A DNA stretch of 64,000 nt from Candidatus Falkowbacteria bacterium (GTDB taxonomy: Bacteria > Patescibacteriota > Patescibacteriia > Patescibacteriales > WJLG01). Location of the stretch: the NCBI GenBank assembly GCA_963747695.1, contig CAVVFV010000001.1:36466-100465 (forward strand). Direction: 5' to 3'. The notes beneath the pieces are model-generated. The model saw only the letters and a list, made by a program, of their open reading frames with translations, was not told the DNA's origin and ran no database searches. Positions within the stretch are counted from its first letter, which is position 1. Each line of letters starts with the position of its first letter. Shown here piece by piece: positions 54,796 to 63,097 of the stretch. The translations under genes and the position numbers were made by a program.

Positions 54796-55329
54796 ATGGA
54801 TACTTCACGACTGGAAATCGAGAGCGAAAGACTCCGACTGAAAGCGGTATCATTAGATTATCAGGAAGAAATATTCCGGGAATTCACTGCTGAAATTACC
54901 GTTTTTATGGTTCCCGAGCCGCCGAGAAAGAATGCCGATACCATCGAATATATTCAAGGCGCTATGCGCAAGAATAAAGCGGGCGAAGATTTTTCCGCGT
55001 CAATTTTTGATAAAAAAAACGGGGAATTTTTGGGTGGAGGCGGATTGACTCATATCAAAAGCCGGGAACCGCACCTCGGCATCTGGATAAAAAAATTAGC
55101 CCACGGTCATGGATATGGCAAGGAAGCCGTCAATGCCCTGAAAGAATGGGCCGAGGAAAATCTTGATTATGACTATTTGGTTTATCCGGTGGATCGGGCT
55201 AATTATTCCAGTCGCCGGATCCCGGAATCCTTGGGTGGAAAAATTTCTGCCGAATATGAAAAAATCTGTCCGAGCGGAAAAAAGCTGAATACAGTTGAGT
55301 ATCGGATTTATAAAAGTACGCGAACATAA
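54796..55329 (+). CDS. GNAT family N-acetyltransferase (RimJ/RimL-like)
   Basis: ESERLRLKAVSLDYQEEIF...GIWIKKLAHGHGYGKEAVNALKEWA...ANYSSRRIPESLGG. ATG 54796 is preferred; the track's 54700 start translates GC-rich repeat DNA. Confidence 0.7.
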   Translation: MDTSRLEIESERLRLKAVSLDYQEEIFREFTAEITVFMVPEPPRKNADTIEYIQGAMRKNKAGEDFSASIFDKKNGEFLGGGGLTHIKSREPHLGIWIKKLAHGHGYGKEAVNALKEWAEENLDYDYLVYPVDRANYSSRRIPESLGGKISAEYEKICPSGKKLNTVEYRIYKSTRT

Positions 55330-55336
55330 AACGCGG

Positions 55337-55366
55337 AGAGAGGCTATCAAGCCTCTTTTTGCTTTT
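55337..55366 (+). terminator. rho-independent terminator
   Basis: agaggc-tatcaa-gcctct followed by ttttgctttt. Confidence 0.6.
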
Positions 55367-55430
55367 ATTGTTAAAAAATACTATAATTTAAGCAATATAA
55401 TTTTTAATTTTAACTTTTAATTGAATATCT

Positions 55431-56366
55431 ATGGATCAAACAACCGCGGCTGCCGCGCCGGTCAAAAGCAATGCGGCCAAATTCGTTTTTCTGTATCTTT
55501 TGCACCTGGTAGCGCTCGGTTTTATGACCGTTTCTTTCGGCAATGTCATTTTTCAGATAATTAACAAGTATATTCCCGATGTCACCGCGCCATACATTGA
55601 AAATAAATTCGCCATTTCCGCTCTATTGGTTTCAATCCCGATTTTTTACGTGGTGAGTTTCCTGATTCAGAAAAGCTTATTTTCGGGAGAACTTAAAAAA
55701 GATTCCGCGATCCGCCGCTGGCTGACTTATCTTATCTTGTTCGTTTCCTTCCTGATATTTTTCGGCTGGCTGATCTATTTTGTGAATAGCTATTTGAACG
55801 GCGAAGTGACCACCAGATTTATTTTGAAGACGATCGCCGTTTTAGCGATCGCCGGCGCCGTTTTCGGATTTTATTTTTACGACATCCGGCGATCGGTTGT
55901 GGAAAACGTCAAAGATAAACTCTTGAAAATATTTTTCATCACCTCGCTCGTCCTCGTCGTCGCCGTTTTTGTCGCTTCGTTTTTTACGGTTGAATCGCCG
56001 ACTTTGGCGCGCGACCGGAAGTTGGATGATCAGATAACCAATGTTTTTAACGACATCTACCAGTGCGCTGACTCCTATTATAATCAAACGCAGAAATTGC
56101 CCGACGGTTTCGCGACGATGATTTCCCAATGCCCTTATTTGACCTCGGATAATCTCAATGATTTTCAAACGGGTCAGCCGTACGCCTATCAAATCACCGG
56201 CACAACGACCTATCAGATTTGCGCTAATTTTAGGACTTCTAACATTGGCACGGCCAATAATCCGCAAGGCATCTATCCGGCAGCTCCCAGCTATAATGGT
56301 TCGGCGCACGATTCCGGTTATCAATGCCTTAAGGGGCAGGTCTTCCCGGCGGTAAAAGTAAATTAG
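55431..56366 (+). CDS. multi-pass membrane protein of unknown function
   Basis: Five or six hydrophobic segments in the N-terminal 200 aa, then a soluble Cys-containing C-terminal domain. Confidence 0.5.
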   Translation: MDQTTAAAAPVKSNAAKFVFLYLLHLVALGFMTVSFGNVIFQIINKYIPDVTAPYIENKFAISALLVSIPIFYVVSFLIQKSLFSGELKKDSAIRRWLTYLILFVSFLIFFGWLIYFVNSYLNGEVTTRFILKTIAVLAIAGAVFGFYFYDIRRSVVENVKDKLLKIFFITSLVLVVAVFVASFFTVESPTLARDRKLDDQITNVFNDIYQCADSYYNQTQKLPDGFATMISQCPYLTSDNLNDFQTGQPYAYQITGTTTYQICANFRTSNIGTANNPQGIYPAAPSYNGSAHDSGYQCLKGQVFPAVKVN

Positions 56367-56395
56367 AAAATTATAAATTTGAATTGTAAATATTT

Positions 56396-56428
56396 AAAGA
56401 TCTCCCTGCCTGGGGAGATCTTTAAAAT
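56396..56428 (+). terminator. hairpin terminator
   Basis: aaagatctccc-tgcct-ggggagatcttt. Confidence 0.5.
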
Positions 56429-56575
56429 TATCTAAGGTTGTCGGTCGACAAAGTATTTAATAAAAAGTGCTTGGATAAAATTTTTTTTAGTGGTATAATC
56501 TAAAAAAGGGATTGTCTTGCCTAGTTTTGCGCAAAATCTCTTCCCATAAAAAATTAAACATGCTATAATATCATT

Positions 56576-57238
56576 ATGAGTAAGAAAGCATCCTCCGCAG
56601 CCAAAGTTCCGGGGGATAAGAAAAATAAATCTTCCGCCCCGCTGATGAAATATTTATCAGGGAAGGGGATTGTTCCGAAAGTTTTGGATCACAAAACCGT
56701 TTATACCGCGATTGATGCCGCCAATACTTTGAAAAGAAGAATGGATGAGATTGTTAAATCACTTTTAGTAAAGGCGGATAATTATTATTACATCGTTTGT
56801 CTGCCGGCTAACCAAAATTTGGATTTTGCCAAGATCAAGCAGGCGATCGAAAAACAAGTCGGAGTCAAAGTGAAAACCGTTCAGATCCCTTCGGAAAAAG
56901 TGATGCGGGAGATTTTAAAACTAAAAGATGAAGGGGTGACCGCTTTCGGCGGCTACCATAATTTGCCTATCTTAGCAGAAAAAAAGCTTGCCGGGCTGAG
57001 TAGGGCAGTATTCTCTTCAGGAAGTTTTGATCGTTCGCTGGAATTGAAGGTTAAGGATTTTCTCCGTCTGGAAAATGCGGTTTTAGCCAATTTTGGCATA
57101 AACAAGAAAGTTAAATTAACTAAATCGCGCCGACCTTCACCGCTTAAGATGAAGCCCAACGCGAATAAAACAATGGCTAAGAAAAAAAAGGCTGCCAAGA
57201 AGTCTAAGAAAAAGACTTCGAAGAAGAAGAAGAAATAA
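56576..57238 (+). CDS. YbaK/aminoacyl-tRNA-editing-domain-like protein with Lys-rich tail
   Basis: The weak pattern match IVKSLLVKADNYYYIVCLPANQNLDFAKIK...GVTAFGG resembles YbaK/EbsC deacylases. The C-terminus is KKKKAAKKSKKKTSKKKKK. Confidence 0.5.
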   Translation: MSKKASSAAKVPGDKKNKSSAPLMKYLSGKGIVPKVLDHKTVYTAIDAANTLKRRMDEIVKSLLVKADNYYYIVCLPANQNLDFAKIKQAIEKQVGVKVKTVQIPSEKVMREILKLKDEGVTAFGGYHNLPILAEKKLAGLSRAVFSSGSFDRSLELKVKDFLRLENAVLANFGINKKVKLTKSRRPSPLKMKPNANKTMAKKKKAAKKSKKKTSKKKKK

Positions 57239-57257
57239 ATCGGCAGTTTCGAGGAGG

Positions 57258-57296
57258 ATCCGCTTCGGCTCGTATGGGCTGAAGCGGATTTTCGTT
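57258..57296 (+). terminator. rho-independent terminator
   Basis: gatccgcttc...gaagcggat followed by tttcgtt. Confidence 0.55.
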
Positions 57297-57330
57297 ATTG
57301 GGCGTTATTCTTTTGCCAAATTCGGTTACA

Positions 57331-57563
57331 TAATGCGAATACTGCGAATTATAATCAAATACTACGAACAAAATTCGACGTGAAGGCGTTGTTTTAGTTT
57401 TAAAAAGTAAGACAAATCGGTGGATAAATGGCCTTCCGAAGACCGGTAATTTCTGATAAAATATGAACATATGCGAAGACTGTAAATGATCTGACGAATC
57501 GTGAGGATAATTTTGTTAAATAGTTCGTAGTATTCGCGTATAATTTGTAGTATTCGCATCATA
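57331..57563. repeat. family B hairpin, subfamily B2, with about 135 nt inserted between the arms
   Basis: Left-arm words are atgcgaatactgcgaattataatcaaatactacgaac. The right arm aaatagttcgtagtattcgcgtataatttgtagtattcgcatcat is near-identical to 36108-36150. Confidence 0.7.
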
Positions 57564-57580
57564 TAATCAAGCTTTTCGAA

Positions 57581-58294
57581 ATGATAAACGTTAAACTGGA
57601 AAAATTTGAGGGTCCGCTATCTTTATTGCTGAAGATCATTGAGACGGAAAAGATGGATATCGCTGAGATTTCGTTGGCGAAAATCGCCGATCAATACGTG
57701 GAATTCATCCGCACGACCGCCGATATCGATCCTGACGCGATGGCGGATTTTTTAGTGGTGGCGGCCAAGCTGCTTTATCTGAAATCGCGGGCGCTTTTAC
57801 CTTATCTTTTCCCGGCCGAAGCGGAGGATGCTGATGATCTGGAACGGCAATTGAAAATGTACCGGGAATTTCTGGAGGCGATGAAAAAGTTGGAACAGCG
57901 GTTGAAGGAAAAAAAGTTTATGTTTGCGCCGAGCGAGCGGAAACTCTGGAAAATGATCGGCACGGAAGAAAAATTTTTCGCCCCGCCGAAAAAATTGGTC
58001 AAAGAAGATCTGGCGGCGGTTTTCCGGGAATTTTTGGTAAACAAGAAAATCATCTGTCTGGAAGAAGAAACGATCCAATGCAAGGTGAATATCGAGGAAA
58101 AGATCCGGGGCATCCGCGATGCGCTCTTAGCCAAGATCAATTTAAGTTTCCGGGAATTTTTGGCCAAGGCCGAATCTAAAACCGAGATCATCGTCAGTTT
58201 TTTGGCGGTGCTGGAATTAATGAAGCAGAAAACAATCTCGGTGGAGCAAAGCGAATTGTTTGCCGAAATATTTATTAGCAGCAAAAATGAATAA
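57581..58294 (+). CDS. scpA: segregation and condensation protein A
   Basis: FEGPLSLLLKIIETEKMDIAEISLAKIADQY. Confidence 0.88.
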   Translation: MINVKLEKFEGPLSLLLKIIETEKMDIAEISLAKIADQYVEFIRTTADIDPDAMADFLVVAAKLLYLKSRALLPYLFPAEAEDADDLERQLKMYREFLEAMKKLEQRLKEKKFMFAPSERKLWKMIGTEEKFFAPPKKLVKEDLAAVFREFLVNKKIICLEEETIQCKVNIEEKIRGIRDALLAKINLSFREFLAKAESKTEIIVSFLAVLELMKQKTISVEQSELFAEIFISSKNE

Positions 58295-58389
58295 TGAAAA
58301 TTGTAAAAGTCAAAATGTAAAATTATGGAGTCCGCGGCGGACGAAATTAATTAATTTTCCATTTTGAGATTTACATTTTAAAATTACAA
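58294..58389. repeat. family H hairpin
   Basis: atgaaaattgtaaaagtcaaaatgtaaaatt...tccgcggcgga...aattttccattttgagatttacattttaaaattacaat. Confidence 0.65.
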
Positions 58390-58390
58390 T

Positions 58391-59038
58391 ATGTTTTTAT
58401 CATCACAAATAGAGTCATTGTTATTCATTTCCGGCCGGCCGATGTCGGCCAAGGAATTATCGGATTTGACCGAAAGTTCAGTTAAGGATATCGAGCAAGC
58501 CGGAGAAAAATTGGCGGCCGATTACAAGGAAAAAAATGCCGGAACCCAGATCATCAAAAACGGATCAAGCTGGCAGATGGTGACCTCGTCGGATAACGCC
58601 GCCCTGATCCAAAAATTCGTTACCGATGAAACAACCGGGGAGTTAACCAGGCCCAGCTTAGAGACCTTGACAATCATCGCTTACCGCGGACCAGTTTCGA
58701 AAACCGATTTGGATCGCATCCGTGGTATAAATTGTTCGCTAATATTACGTAATTTATTAATAAGGGGCTTAGTCGATGTCCGGGAAGACCGAAAAAAAGA
58801 CGAAAGTTATTATACGGTAACGTTTGATTTTTTACGCTTCTTAGGCTTAAATGAGGTTAAGGAATTGCCCGACTATGATAAATTGAGCAAAGATGATACG
58901 ATTGATCGAATCCTCGAGGACAATCCGCTCTCAGAAAAGCTCGGCGTCAATCAGCCGGCATTGGATCTGGCAGGCGGCGAAGATCAGGCGTCGGCAGATG
59001 ACGACGATGAAGATGAACTTGACGAAGAAACTGAATAA
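58391..59038 (+). CDS. scpB: segregation and condensation protein B
   Basis: IESLLFISGRPMSAKELS...TLTIIAYRGPVSKTDLDRIRG. Confidence 0.88.
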   Translation: MFLSSQIESLLFISGRPMSAKELSDLTESSVKDIEQAGEKLAADYKEKNAGTQIIKNGSSWQMVTSSDNAALIQKFVTDETTGELTRPSLETLTIIAYRGPVSKTDLDRIRGINCSLILRNLLIRGLVDVREDRKKDESYYTVTFDFLRFLGLNEVKELPDYDKLSKDDTIDRILEDNPLSEKLGVNQPALDLAGGEDQASADDDDEDELDEETE

Positions 59039-59076
59039 TTAAATCTTTTTATCAGTTGGTGAGGTAATTTGAGATT

Positions 59077-59532
59077 ATGAAAGATGTTTTGGAAAACGAA
59101 TCAATTATCAATCATGAAGTTCATGCTGAAGAATTAGAAAATGACGGCTGGCAGACTTTGAATTGGCACGATTGGAAATATGCGACGCGGGATAAAACCA
59201 TCAAACAGTACCAGACTAAACAGATTGATGAGGCCGTTAAATGGTATTGCCAAACTCATCAGACCACGATTCCCGAGTACGTCAAGAATAAACCGACCGA
59301 AGAATATGACCTGGCGGCGCAATTGAAGATTGGCCAAGCGATCAAAGAATATCTGATGCGGATCGACCCGAATACCGGTCTGAAGGGCAGTGAGATATTT
59401 TCCCGGGAACATTTGATGTATCGCGATTTGCCGGAAGAGACGATCAAAACGGAATATAAGAAATACGAGGAACAGGAAAAAGCCTGGCAAGCAGAGCTGC
59501 TTAAGCGAAGCAAAAGCGAGCCACGGTTCTGA
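59077..59532 (+). CDS. hypothetical protein (151 aa)
   Basis: ORF only. Confidence 0.4.
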   Translation: MKDVLENESIINHEVHAEELENDGWQTLNWHDWKYATRDKTIKQYQTKQIDEAVKWYCQTHQTTIPEYVKNKPTEEYDLAAQLKIGQAIKEYLMRIDPNTGLKGSEIFSREHLMYRDLPEETIKTEYKKYEEQEKAWQAELLKRSKSEPRF

Positions 59533-59574
59533 GGAGGAAATTTTCAGCAGTTATCAATTATTTCTAATAATATT

Positions 59575-60615
59575 TTGCGCAAAAATAAGTTATCTATCAT
59601 ATTTCTCCTGGTTACTGCGGTCGTGGCCGCTTGTTTTTTGTTTTTTAATATTGATTATTCTCTGTTTGGCGCTTATGCCGGTGAAAATCTGGCTAAACCG
59701 CTTTCCGATAGCCCGGGCAAGGTACTGGCGGCCGTGGAAGGCCTGCAGGTGGCGCCGCAGCAGACTTACGCGGCTTTTTATCCCGAATACAATCTGCCCC
59801 AGAATGCCAATAAAATAGGCACGCCCAGCCAGATCAGCGGCGGTTACAATCTGGCGATTGAGGCTTCTTCCAGCATCGCGATTGATTGCCACAGCGGCGA
59901 AATCCTGTGGGACAATGAATCCGACACGGTCCGGCCGATCGCCAGTATTACCAAACTGATGACGGCGTTGGTTTTTCTGAGTTCCAATCCTGACTGGAAT
60001 AAAATTTATGAATTGCAGAAAGAAGACGTGCGCGTCGGCGGTAAAAGTTATATTTATCCCGGCGATCAGGTCAAGGTCAAAGATCTTTTTTATTTGACCC
60101 TGGTCGGTTCGGATAATACGGCGGCGGTCGCCTTGGCCAGATCAATGGGGTTGACTGAGGCCGAGTTCGTCGCCAAAATGAACCAACAGGCCAAGGATTT
60201 CGGCTTGACCAAGACCAAATTCGAGGATATTTCCGGTTTAAGCGACGGCAACGTTTCCACGGCCCGCGAGATTTTGGCCTTGGCGAAAAGGTGTCTCGCT
60301 AATGAAAAAATCCGCGACACGACGATTGAAGAAAATTACGAATTTTCTACCGTGGGCGGACGCGATGTCCAAGTCCAATCGACCGACGCGCTCCTTTCAG
60401 TTTTTCCGGTTGACGGCATAAATATCATCGGCGGCAAAACCGGCCATACTGATGAGGCCGGCTATTGTTTCGTCGGCGAATTCATCAATCAAGCCGGCCA
60501 TAAAATAATGTCAGTCGTGATGGGCACCAACTCCGACGAAGATCGTTTCGCCCAAACCAAGAAACTGGTGAAATGGGCATATGATAATTATAGTTGGACT
60601 GAAAGTAATAAATAG
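59575..60615 (+). CDS. D-alanyl-D-alanine carboxypeptidase (S11 / PBP5-like)
   Basis: SITK (SxxK), SDN, KTG (GGKTGHT), an N-terminal membrane anchor, and a TTG start. Confidence 0.8.
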   Translation: MRKNKLSIIFLLVTAVVAACFLFFNIDYSLFGAYAGENLAKPLSDSPGKVLAAVEGLQVAPQQTYAAFYPEYNLPQNANKIGTPSQISGGYNLAIEASSSIAIDCHSGEILWDNESDTVRPIASITKLMTALVFLSSNPDWNKIYELQKEDVRVGGKSYIYPGDQVKVKDLFYLTLVGSDNTAAVALARSMGLTEAEFVAKMNQQAKDFGLTKTKFEDISGLSDGNVSTAREILALAKRCLANEKIRDTTIEENYEFSTVGGRDVQVQSTDALLSVFPVDGINIIGGKTGHTDEAGYCFVGEFINQAGHKIMSVVMGTNSDEDRFAQTKKLVKWAYDNYSWTESNK

Positions 60616-60654
60616 ACTTATTGCGATAAATATAATATAATTTAAACAAACTAA

Positions 60655-60728
60655 TGTTATATTGTCATATTGTTATATTGTTACGCAACGATTTAAAAAT
60701 GTTTAACAATATAGCAATATAACAATAT
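60655..60728. repeat. family A ('caatat') long hairpin
   Basis: tgttatattgtcatattgttatattgttacgcaacg...aacaatatagcaatataacaatat. Confidence 0.8.
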
Positions 60729-60740
60729 AAATAAATATTT

Positions 60741-61532
60741 ATGTCTAAACAAGAAAAAATGGCGGGCAAAGCCGGTAAATTAATCATTGGCAACTGGAAA
60801 ATGAAAAAGGGCCTCATGGAAAGCGTTGCTTTGGCCAAGGAAATGGTGGAAAAATTTAAGGATTTCAAAGAGGATGGCAAAGAAGTGGTGCTTTGTCCGA
60901 CTCTGGTGGCTTTAACCGAAGTCGACAAGGTAGTAAAGAAAAGCAATCTGAAATTGGGCGCGCAAAACGTCTTTTGGGAAGATCGCGGCGCTTATACCGG
61001 CGAGGTTTCGCCGCAAATGCTGATCGAGGCGGGCTGTCAATATGTGATCATCGGCCACTCGGAGAGAAGAAAATACCTGTTGGAAAATTACGCGATGATC
61101 CACCAGAAGATCCGCGAGGTATTGAATACTGAAAAATTGATTCCGGTAGTTTGCATCGGCGAAGAAAATGAAGACCGCAAGACCGACCGGCGGGATTTTG
61201 TATTATTGAATCAGCTGCAGCAAGCTTTGGGCGGGATCGATATTTCCGAAAACCAGCGGATCGTCGTTGCTTATGAACCGGTCTGGGCGATTGGTTCAGG
61301 AACCGCTATCGAGCCTTCCGAGGCGATGTATGCCCATAAAATCATCCGCTTGGCGTTAGATGATATGTTCGGCATGCAGGCGGTGGAAAAAAGCTTCCAG
61401 ATCGTTTACGGCGGCAGCGTCACCGGCAAGAACGTCAAATCGTTCAGCAATTTGGAAAATATGGATGGCTTATTGGTCGGCGGCGCCAGCCTGGACGCGG
61501 AAGAATTTTATAAGATTTGTCGAGGAATATAA
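60741..61532 (+). CDS. tpiA: triosephosphate isomerase
   Basis: GNWKMK, IIGHSERR, YEPVWAIGSG, GGASL. Confidence 0.96.
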   Translation: MSKQEKMAGKAGKLIIGNWKMKKGLMESVALAKEMVEKFKDFKEDGKEVVLCPTLVALTEVDKVVKKSNLKLGAQNVFWEDRGAYTGEVSPQMLIEAGCQYVIIGHSERRKYLLENYAMIHQKIREVLNTEKLIPVVCIGEENEDRKTDRRDFVLLNQLQQALGGIDISENQRIVVAYEPVWAIGSGTAIEPSEAMYAHKIIRLALDDMFGMQAVEKSFQIVYGGSVTGKNVKSFSNLENMDGLLVGGASLDAEEFYKICRGI

Positions 61533-61547
61533 TTTTTGGAAATATAT

Positions 61548-61652
61548 AATACGAATACTACGAATTGTTCGCGAATACTACGAATAGATTTAACGAATTT
61601 AATTCGGTAAATAGTTTGCGGTATTCGCGTATGATTTGTAGTATTCGCATCA
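61548..61652. repeat. family B long hairpin, subfamily B2
   Basis: aatacgaatactacgaattgttcgcgaatactacgaatagatttaacgaattt...aaatagtttgcggtattcgcgtatgatttgtagtattcgcatcat. Confidence 0.8.
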
Positions 61653-62446
61653 TGCCGATGTATAACATAATCCCGCTAATTTTGATTTGTATCAGCCTAT
61701 TCATTATTATTGTCATTGTCGTGCGGAAATTTCCCGCGCTGGCTAATATTGATGTGGAAAATATGCCGGCGGAAAAGGAAGCCCGCTTCAAAGAACAGAT
61801 TATTACCGGCCGGATGCAAAAGAGCATGGCCAAGGGGAAGGCCCGGCTGACCAAGTTCTTTGGTTTTATCGGCGGTTGGATCGGCACGCTGTTCAAGTTC
61901 ACCCAGAATAAATTGCAGGAGGCCAAAAAGAATTACAGCCAGCCGGCCGCGCTGCCGGTCGAGGATAAGAAAACGATGATCGAAGGGCTGCTGGCCAAGA
62001 ATTCCGTCTTGGATGACCGGGAAAATTTTGAGGAAAAAGAAACCAACCTGATCAAGATAATCGAGTTGGATCCGCGCCATGCGGAAGCTTTCATCGCTTT
62101 GGGGAGCTTGTATGCGGCAAATAAAAAATATGAAGAAGGGAAGCAAGCTTTTGCCCACGTCTTGAAACTCTTGGGCAATGAAGAATCCGACCAGCAATCC
62201 GAGGTTTATTACGATCTGGCAGCGATCTATCGGGATACGGGCGAAGCCGCGAGTTCTCTCGAGACCATCAAGATGGCGGCCAAACTGGCGCCGAACAATC
62301 CGCGCTATCTTGACTCTCTCTTGGAAATAAGTATAATTAATAAAGATAAAATTACCGCCCAAGATGCCCTTGATAAGCTATCTTCGGTTAATCCGGAAAA
62401 TGGCAAATTGGCCGAATTCAAAGATCAAATCGAATCTTTGGCATAG
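61652..62446 (+). CDS. membrane-anchored TPR-repeat protein
   Basis: The N-terminal hydrophobic segment is IIPLILICISLFIIIVIVV. TPR-like repeats include AEAFIALGSLYAANKKYEEGKQAF and YYDLAAIYRDTGE. ATG 61652 is preferred; the track's start reads through the repeat. Confidence 0.6.
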   Translation: MPMYNIIPLILICISLFIIIVIVVRKFPALANIDVENMPAEKEARFKEQIITGRMQKSMAKGKARLTKFFGFIGGWIGTLFKFTQNKLQEAKKNYSQPAALPVEDKKTMIEGLLAKNSVLDDRENFEEKETNLIKIIELDPRHAEAFIALGSLYAANKKYEEGKQAFAHVLKLLGNEESDQQSEVYYDLAAIYRDTGEAASSLETIKMAAKLAPNNPRYLDSLLEISIINKDKITAQDALDKLSSVNPENGKLAEFKDQIESLA

Positions 62447-62535
62447 AATATTATGTCGCGGTTAGCCGCCTGGAGGCGGCATTTTTAGTAAAAAGCTCGC
62501 TAACGAATCGAAAATATAACTTCGAAAATTGAAAT

Positions 62536-62735
62536 GCCGTTGTAGCTCAGCTGCCCCGCCCACTGATGGGGCGGGGTAAAGTTGAGCATCTCGGGTTCAT
62601 GCAATTTTAGAGTTATTCAGGAAAAAATATAGTTTGCCGTTGTAGCTCAGCTGCCCCGCCCACTGATGGGGCGGGGTAAAGTTGAGCATCTCGGGTTCAT
62701 GCAATTTTAGAGTTATTCAGGAAAAAATATAGTTT
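62536..62735 (+). repeat. two perfect 100-bp tandem repeats, each a truncated tRNA-Thr copy with a GC hairpin inserted in the D-loop
   Basis: Units 62536-62635 and 62636-62735 are identical. Each begins gccgttgtagctcagctg (the first 18 nt of the tRNA), followed by ccccgcccactgatggggcgggg. Confidence 0.9.
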
Positions 62736-62808
62736 GCCGTTGTAGCTCAGCTGGTAGAGCACCTCCATGGTAAGGAGGGGGTCTCGGGTCCGATTCCCGA
62801 CAACGGCT
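62736..62808 (+). tRNA. tRNA-Thr (anticodon GGT)
   Basis: Hand-folded cloverleaf of 73 nt. The acceptor stem is gccgttg/caacggc, the D stem gctc/gagc, the anticodon stem cctcc/ggagg with loop atGGTaa, and the T stem tcggg/cccga. CCA is not encoded. Confidence 0.85.
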
Positions 62809-62809
62809 C

Positions 62810-63097
62810 ATGGTTTACACCTATCTTATAAAAAGTTTGCCAAGCGGTAATTTTTATGTAGGTATAACAGATAATCCGCAAAGGAGATTGAAAGAACATA
62901 ATTCTGGAAAAGTTGACGCCACAAGAAGTAATCGGCCTTATGAACTTAAATATTTGAAGAAGCATCTAGATTACACTGAGGCAAGAAAGCATGAAAAGTG
63001 GTTAAAAAAGAAAAACCGTGAATATAAAGAAAAATTGTTTTTAGCTGCCCCGCCCACTGACAGGGCGGGTTTACCGCGCCCGTTCGGGACGGGGTAA
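62810..63097 (+). CDS. small stand-alone GIY-YIG nuclease family protein (YhbQ/UPF0213-like)
   Basis: VYTYLIKSLPSGNFYVGITDNPQRRLKEHNSGK...RPYELKY...EARKHEKWLKK carries the GIY, YVG, R and E motifs. The ATG starts 2 nt after the tRNA. The last ~19 codons read into tRNA-like DNA. Confidence 0.8.
   Translation: MVYTYLIKSLPSGNFYVGITDNPQRRLKEHNSGKVDATRSNRPYELKYLKKHLDYTEARKHEKWLKKKNREYKEKLFLAAPPTDRAGLPRPFGTG

Noticed and set aside
26626-61652. The recurring intergenic repeats gave a first impression of a CRISPR-like array.
   Set aside because: The repeats are inverted arm pairs separated by whole genes, not short direct repeats with unique spacers of uniform length. No cas genes are present.
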